This document shows, one piece after another, positions 49,701-64,000 of a stretch of DNA of 64,000 nucleotides (positions are counted from its first letter, which is position 1; each line of letters begins with the position of its first letter). The position numbers were made by a program, and so were the translations under genes. Location: contig OZ037767.1 in the NCBI GenBank assembly GCA_964035545.1, positions 7,884,581 to 7,948,580 of the forward strand. The letters are read 5' to 3'. Source of the stretch: Bugula neritina (taxonomy: Eukaryota > Animalia > Bryozoa). Under the pieces are notes generated by a model. It did no database searches and was not told the origin of the DNA. It was given only the letters and a program-made list of their open reading frames with translations.

Positions 49701-52700
49701 AAATTGCTAGCTCATAAAGATATATTTAAATTGTAAATATAATCAATAAGAGCTATACATACTATAAGATATGTACTATAATTCTTAATAGATAAAGCTT
49801 CTGAACTTTTCAAATAAAACATCTGAGATTTTATTATCTCGATAAATACTCCCAGAAAATTCATTATGCTCCAGATTGTGCATGATTTATGTGGAACTAA
49901 GACTGCGTTCATTCAGATTCTAGTATAATAAACAATTACTATAAATATGTACACGCAAGCATATTGTGTCAGGGAGAAAATCCTGGCTGTTTGTTAAAAT
50001 TTAAATGAAAGATATGATAGCTTTTTGCAGCTTGTTTAGCTATTTGTTAGCTTTTTGCTATGTTATTTTTAATGTGTTAGAAGTGTTGGTAGTTCACTTG
50101 CCAGGAAGACGCTATAAAAAGCTGATGTTTGTATGTAGAATTATAATTTTGAAGTTTTATGTTTTGTTGAAGTTATTTGAAGATGACTTATGTATGTATT
50201 TTTGGGCAGGATGTAGCCATTTTTTGATATTTTGATGAAGTACAAAGAGTGAAAAAAATTCAAACATTGAAAAATTGTTGCTCCATGCTTGTTACTAGCC
50301 AACTCACTAAGTCATTCCTGGCACACATATTATTGTGCACTACTGCATGCCATACTATAATAGATATTTTATGCTTGCTAATATTAGAAGAATAAAACTA
50401 TATAATAATTTATAGAATAGAAGTTGTGACAAAAGGTTCCGTGAATCAATATGGAAAACATTAAAAGAAATCAGGTAATAATAGAAGATGGCTCATAACT
50501 TTATTGTAAGGATTTATATAGGAGTTATCTTTGTAGCTCTTACTACTTTGCTACTATCGGCCTGCTACTCGGCCTGCTAGTAATGGCCTACTATGCTACT
50601 AACCTACGCTGTGGACTATGGGAGGAGCCTAGTAATGTGAGCTGACAGCTACCAGGCTAGGTTAGCTAGCATTCAGACAGTGAATTAGCTAGTAATAGGT
50701 TGTATGTACTCTGTCTGCAATTATGTAATCTTGTTTTCTAAGTTTTGTACCGTTTTATTTGTGTATAAATTGTATTAAATAAACGCATATTAGTCTCTTC
50801 AACTTGGCAGTATTGCATTACTTTAAATACCCAAGCAATTAGTTAATGCACAGTTTCACGACATTATTAATGAGTTCTTGCATGTTATTTGTAGCAATGC
50901 AAAACTAGTCAGGTATTGCAGATGCATAGACGCAACAATAATATTATATTATATAACTTATAGACTATTTGGGGTTGAAGGTCATCAGTACAAGAAGTCT
51001 CTAATTATAGAAGTGAAACGATACCGAAAGTTATCTGCATGCTAGCTTGACTTGTAAGCTTATTATCACTTCTATGTTTAATCTTGGCAACAATACTAAA
51101 CTGGTGCTATCTAATCACACAGTTGCGCTGATACTTTATTCAAAATAGTTTCGATTATCAAAACTAAACTAAAAGCATAATTCAGAATTCAGCTCAATTA
51201 GAAGACATTTTTTAATAATGACAATCAGTGTCATACACAACAATTTCACCACAGCAACTTTCATGTTCTCCATTTATAATCTTTCATTAGAGTCTCGTTA
51301 TTTGATATGAATAAAATTTCACTCATGAGAATTTAATTTCCGCTAAACATCAGGTGACTGTAACTCACAAATCAAGTACAGTACTCTCAAACACAAATTA
51401 TGAGTTTTCTCAGACAAACTATTACGACTGCAGACGTAGATTTTAACACAATTTAGTAGATGATGAATGAGTAACTCTTATACAACATGTGCAGCAAATG
51501 GCCAGTAAATTATAATACTTATATATATGCACATGCTCAGGTGGAGTTAATTAAATACTTAAACAGTTAAAATTCACTCACTATTGGAGACCAGCATTAA
51601 AATATAGAAAAAATACTTGGATTTTAAACTAGTTTTACAGTGTGTATAGTATGTATATGTTACAAATAGGTATAATTATATAGTACATATATCTATAATT
51701 ATGTCCTATGTATATAACATGTATAAAGTATGTGCAATATAGTATATATGCATATATACAATATATTATATTTAATATACAATGTATATTATAGTATATA
51801 AATACTATGTATATATATAATATACCATGTAGGGTACAAAAAGCCGGCCAAATTGTGAGAGAACTTATTGACTTAGAGTTGTGATTTTTTTTTCATAAAA
51901 TGATATTGACATAATTATTCAGCCTTTGTAGTTTCAACACTTGCGGAGCATACGTGTTAAAAATGTGAGTAAAAAACTGTTTTTACCTACTTTTTGTAAT
52001 TTTTTTAGGACGTCATTAAAGCTTTATAACTTTTTACACTCAAAGGCAAGAACCCTATTTTTCACTAATATTGTTGCCATTGCTTGTCTCTACATTGCTT
52101 AACTAGTATAACAGCAAACTCTGAAATAAATTTTCCTTGAGGCACATTTATTTTCAATTTGGCCACACGGGGCACAATGGGTCACGCTGACCGGGGCACA
52201 CTGGGCCACCTGATTATTGCACCCTGATCACTGTTATTAGTTTGTTTGCCCAAAAAGTTGGTTGAAATGTTACTAAAATCTATAGATATAGCCATTTCTG
52301 ACCTTTTTGTAAAATATCAAAAGACATCATGGTAAGACTACAAAACTACAAGTAATTGAAGCTCCCCTAATATATAGATCTGGTGAGGTTAAAGCTTTGC
52401 CATTTTATACATAATGCAAAACACTCTGCTGTTGCTACTTGCTACTAGTAGTTAGTCATAGTATTCATTATGTATTACACCATTGAGGGAATATAGATGT
52501 ATTTGACTAGAATAAATTGTGATTTGTTCATTTGCTCCTCCCTCTCCCTTCTGTACTCCAGTCACAAACCTCAGCCATAAACCTTAGCTACAGTTCATAT
52601 AAAAAAGTCCACTCGAAATTTTGTAGCACACGTTACTAAAGTTTTTTTTTGATAAACGTTCCTCTGAGGTAAAAATAACAACATTTTTAGTTCTAAACAG

Positions 52701-54110
52701 TAATGATAATGGCACTGCAGAACCGAGTGATATGCGTTTGATTTTGCTTGTATACAGCTAAAACATGAATTTTGCTTTAGATCTAAAAGAATATTTTATT
52801 TATTTGTAATATTAAATAAATAAAGATCAGATGCAACAAAATCCGCAAAGTTTCAATATATTGAAACTTTGCGGATTTTGTTGCATCTGATCTTTATTTA
52901 TTTAATATTACAAACAGTTAAAATAAAAATTTTGTTGTGTCTCACCCAGTGGCCCATTGTACCCAGGTACCAGGGCACAACAGGCCGATTTTTTTGTCAT
53001 GAAAATTTCATTATTCCGAAACTGATATCTGTAATAGACAACAGATGCAGCATTAAGACTAGAGATTATTGAACTAGTAACTTAAAAAACAGACGAATGA
53101 GAGCATCAAATGCAAAATTCGGCTCGTTGTGCCCCCCTCCCCCCCCCCCGTTACCCCTATATATTTACATGTAGTATATATACTATATATATATATGTGT
53201 GTATTAGAGTGCGATATGTATACATTATGTATCAGTTTGATGTATTAGTATATATATGACTGGCATGACTGAATAGATGAGCTTCTATTTAATTTTTCAA
53301 CGCAGGTTAGCAAAACACCTATATATTTTATTTCTTTCAATTTTTTATAATTATTTTAGTGCAATTATTAGGAGAACTGTTTGTATTTCTAGGTACCTGT
53401 GTTTGTATTTGTGTTTATTCGTGTATATGTGGTAAATTGTATACTTATTATATGTATCTTTGTGTGTATGCGTGTGTGTGTGGCCTATTGTAAAAGCTTA
53501 AAAATTTGATTAATTCTTATGGTTGTGTAAAAAGATAGAAACAATAAACTAATACCTATAACAGACAACTATAGTGTAGCCTTTAGACTAGAAATTAGTG
53601 AACAAGTAACTTGAAAAACAGACGAATGAGAGTAAACAATTCAGAATCAACCCATTGTGCTCCTCCCATTTTGCCTATAAATAATTATTCGAGAAGCTAT
53701 GATAAATTCAAAACAATAGTATGCAGTGTATTACGTTCATTCCACACACTACATGGTGAGTGTCTCTTGACACTCCCTTTCTTCAAATAGCAAGGAATCG
53801 TTGTAGCCTATGTGCAATAAATTTTAGCACTACTATAACAGTAACAGCTTTTAATTCGTAAGCCTGAAGTCATAGGTTAGAGCCCAACAAAGGTCATCAG
53901 TGATGTTACCTTAGCCTGATTTAACAAAAGATCTTTTCCATCAAAGGTTTTCTCACAGGGATAGCAACTGTAAACTTGCATGAGTTTTATAACAGTAACA
54001 ATATTTTGATAACTAATACAAAATTATATCTCATAAACCCTACCTTGACACTCAACAAGGTAAGAATAACTTATCCATAAGAGAATGATAGAGAATCGCA
54101 GAAAAGTCAT
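30323..54110 (-). CDS. Gene B: type I membrane receptor, (F-type lectin-FN3)x3 + 8 FN3 + TM + tyrosine-motif tail; in-frame TAG at 43779-43781
   Basis: 30 phase-consistent exons. Signal peptide [22 protein letters not shown]: 54044-54110. FTLD 49060-49269 + 48578-48814; FN3 47799-47905 + 47081-47246; FTLD 46303-46524 + 45699-45920; FN3 44941-45050 + 44143-44305; FTLD 43688-43930 + 42257-42481. FN3 pairs: 41789-41901 + 41430-41598, 40886-40983 + 39014-39212, 38801-38910 + 38050-38215, 37399-37484 + 36783-36969, 36384-36490 + 35416-35611, 34945-35021 + 34321-34537, 33830-33936 + 33428-33608, 33097-33182 + 32163-32379, 31799-31905 + 31327-31510. TM/tail: 30323-30648. Confidence 0.88.
31673..31780. 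repeat. (TG)n microsatellite in a gene B intron
   Basis: TG tract with CG/CA interruptions; the paralogous tract is at 58669-58857. Confidence 0.95.
37790..37975 (+). mobile_element. tRNA-derived SINE
   Basis: B-box agttcgaatcc followed by aggaaaagcacccagtcataattacttctgtg, similar to 54850-55045. Confidence 0.6.
49470..49706. repeat. Fold-back/palindromic MITE-like element
   Basis: Long imperfect inverted arms (aaacatatggttttatta..ttaaacaaagt..aattaactaatattt..actgtgcccat vs atgggcacagt..aaatattagttaatt..actttgtttaa..taataaaaccaaatgttt) around a loop of about 21 nt. Confidence 0.65.
50422..50863 (+). mobile_element. Possible solo LTR
   Basis: GC-richer block with a TATA-like motif, an aataaa near the end and a terminal ..tttcacgaca. 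The 5' end matches only loosely and no TSD was confirmed. Confidence 0.3.
51829..53159. mobile_element. Non-autonomous DNA transposon (pogo/Tc1-like), copy 2; extra 3' fragment at about 53540-53680
   Basis: Colinear with 15516-16806 (e.g. ttattgacttagagttg, ccattgcYtgtctctacattg, agactagagattattgaactagtaac). Ends gtgccccc..ttaccccta. Confidence 0.75.
52803..52914. repeat. Perfect 112-bp palindrome (56-bp arms, no loop)
   Basis: tttgtaatattaaata..ccgcaaagtttcaata|tattgaaactttgcgg..tatttaatattacaaa. Confidence 0.95.
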
Positions 54111-54118
54111 TTTTTCAT
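54107..54118 (-). promoter_or_regulatory. 3-codon upstream ORF (ATG AAA AAA TGA) whose stop overlaps the gene B start codon
   Basis: The minus strand reads ATGAAAAAATGACTTTT, with the same 8-nt offset as in gene A. Confidence 0.5.
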
Positions 54119-54849
54119 GTTGAGGTGTAGCAGGTTTATCTCTGTTAACTGCTGAATCACATCTAATATTAATCTATTTGTGTTACTCTGTAAGCTACAT
54201 AGTTATATCGCTACACAATGCAAACACTATACTTCCTTGTAGATTTGCATTGTATAAGGATATAACTATGTAACTTACAGAATGATAAAAATAAAAGAAT
54301 AAGCACTTGACATTAACTACATCTCAACACTCTGCCACTTATAGATAAACTTTGTACACTTTTTGTGATCTCAAAAGATGATAATTGTAATAGACTGTCA
54401 CTATTGGCTAACGCAAATGGCGAGAAAACATATCTACAAAACGGCATTCTTGAGTTCAACACTGAAATAGCACAGACGCATTTGATTGGCTAACTAAACT
54501 GGCCAGCTAATTAAAGCATCTTACTGCAATAACTGTTGTAGAAAACCGTTTTGTAACTGATATGCAGCTGCTTAAATATTGATAAAAACTATATATATAA
54601 CCATATAATTATGTACATTGTCAAAGTCAAAAAGGTTGTACTGTGTGTTTGTGCATTTGATCTCTCATGATTCAAAGTAGATGCTAATTTGCAGGTTCGT
54701 TGGTAAATGTTGAATATTGTTGAATTATGTTATAACTATGTTTTCTATAAATTACTATTTGTAAATGTTGCTTATAGTTTGTCAATAGATTGATCAGAAT
54801 ATTATGCAGTGATAATATAAGATTATTTATGTATCAGTTGGTTTAGGGA

Positions 54850-55045
54850 GCAGACATGGTCTAGGAGTTAGAGTGCTTTGCTTATTAAACAGGAAGTCAT
54901 GGGTTCGAACCCTGACAAAGGCCATTGGTAATCTTAGGAAAAGCATTCAGTCATAATTGCTTCTGTGCCCCATTTGAATAAGTCCTTTATAGCCAAACTT
55001 AACAAAAACACTTTCCATCAGAGGTTTTTTCACGGAATATATAGT
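54850..55045 (+). mobile_element. tRNA-derived SINE (a more decayed copy at about 53800-53985)
   Basis: A-box tggtctaggagttagagtg and B-box gggttcgaaccc, followed by a non-tRNA body shared with 37790-37975. Confidence 0.65.
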
Positions 55046-56133
55046 GACTATGAGCTCGCTGGAGTTTTTAGTCATCATTACCACACCATTGAAAAAAACT
55101 CTCATAGCCAAGTATCTGCCAACATTGTTGAAAGGTTCAAAACTTTATGTTATCATAATGATATTTTACAACCTTTTACCAATAATGCATAAATTTCACA
55201 CAAAATTATAGTATTATTTATATATAGGCTTGTTCAAGAAATATTAAAAGTTGCTTTTTGAAAAGATAACGCTTTGCTAAACTTTGTCAAAGAATGTCTA
55301 CGCCCTGCTAGTTTACCGTCGCTGTCAAACATTCGTGCAATTCATTACATAGACATAGTCATATTATTTGTTCATATGTAGTGTTTGTAAAACACTTTAT
55401 AAAATATTTTCCAAACATCATTAGAGACAAAAATGTTATCTATGTTTTATCATTTTATTTATGTTGGTCTCAAGATTTAATGCATGCACATTGAATGGCC
55501 AATATATTGTGCTCATGAAGCATCAAAGTAACGTGCATTTCCGTTTCTCCTATTGAAATCGACTGATTATAAATAATCGCGGCGTACAAAACTTTTTCAT
55601 AAATGTTTTTACTATATCTAAACCTTTTTATAATTTGCATCTTGGTCAAAATCTTAATGCAGTACTATTGCATGCTCAGTTAAAAAGTTTTTGCGACTTG
55701 TTTGAATGTTGAGAAATCTAAGATTACATGAAAATTTGGTAAACGCTTTAAATTAAATTGGTTTGTTATAGTACATTATATCATTGTCTGAATTTTTTAT
55801 CTTTTTCTGTTCGATTTATACCGACCACAACAAAACTTTTCTTTGTTTAATATTTATTTCATTTTTCAGAAAACAATAGAAGCAGGTTTGTATTTATATA
55901 ATTGTACATAAAATAAATCTTCTTAGTAGGCATATGCAAATTATTGTGATATGTAAGTTTCAAGCATGCATGACTAGCATTGGGAACTATAATATTTTTT
56001 TCCGTCACTTAATGCAGTGCTACAGTACTTCCATACATCCAGAATCACTTAGCATGTTATACTATCCGATTTGCTTTGCTTTGGTTCCAGTGGTTCGAGT
56101 AGTTCGAGTGGTTCGGGAGGTTTGAGTGGGTTT

Positions 56134-56269
56134 GTGTGTGCGTGTGTGTGCGTGTGTGTACGTGTGTGTGCGTGTGTGTGTGCGTGTGTGTGCGTGCGTG
56201 TGCGTGCGTGTGCGTGCATGTGCGTGTGCGTGCATGTGCGTGCGTGTGCGTGTGCGTGCGTGTGTGTGT
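56134..56269. repeat. (TG/CG)n microsatellite
   Basis: Interrupted TG repeat. Confidence 0.95.
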
Positions 56270-56384
56270 ATTCTAGCCCTGTACAAAATTTATAGTTGTT
56301 TTATAACAGGTATATGTTGTTATTTCCTAACTTCATGGAAATTTAACAAAATAGAGTAGGTTGTATGGCTACTATATATTATAG

Positions 56385-64000
<7,616 letters not shown>

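Noticed and set aside
54850-54925. tRNA gene candidates (also 11218-11288 and 37800-37865)
   Set aside because: They have A/B boxes but no convincing cloverleaf. Two of them continue into a shared non-tRNA body, so SINE is the better explanation.

Overview
AT-rich, intron-rich animal (probably invertebrate) DNA. The minus strand carries a tandem array of related multi-exon cell-surface receptor genes. I reconstructed the exons by hand from GT-AG sites and phase continuity. Gene A (21444 to about 491, probably continuing past the left edge): signal peptide, 3 tandem F-type lectin (fucolectin/FTP) domains, at least 5 FN3 domains. Gene B (54110-30323, 30 coding exons, about 1,630 codons): signal peptide, (F-lectin + FN3) x3, 8 more FN3, a transmembrane helix and an 80-aa tail with three tyrosine motifs; it has one in-frame TAG in the third lectin domain. 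Gene C (57329 to the right edge, 3' part only): a close paralog of B with four fewer FN3 domains and a swapped-in FN3. Between A and B lies a decayed receptor-type tyrosine phosphatase (D1+D2) pseudogene, preceded by an FN3 exon nearly identical to one in genes B and C. This suggests the family includes or derives from receptor PTPs. The introns contain a degenerate Gypsy LTR element with a nested MITE, an RTE LINE end, a Tc1 relic, Kolobok- and pogo-like non-autonomous elements, tRNA-derived SINEs, perfect palindromes and long microsatellites. The best candidate for a novel system is the lectin-FN3 receptor array, which looks like a diversifying immune or self/non-self recognition locus; that function is an inference.
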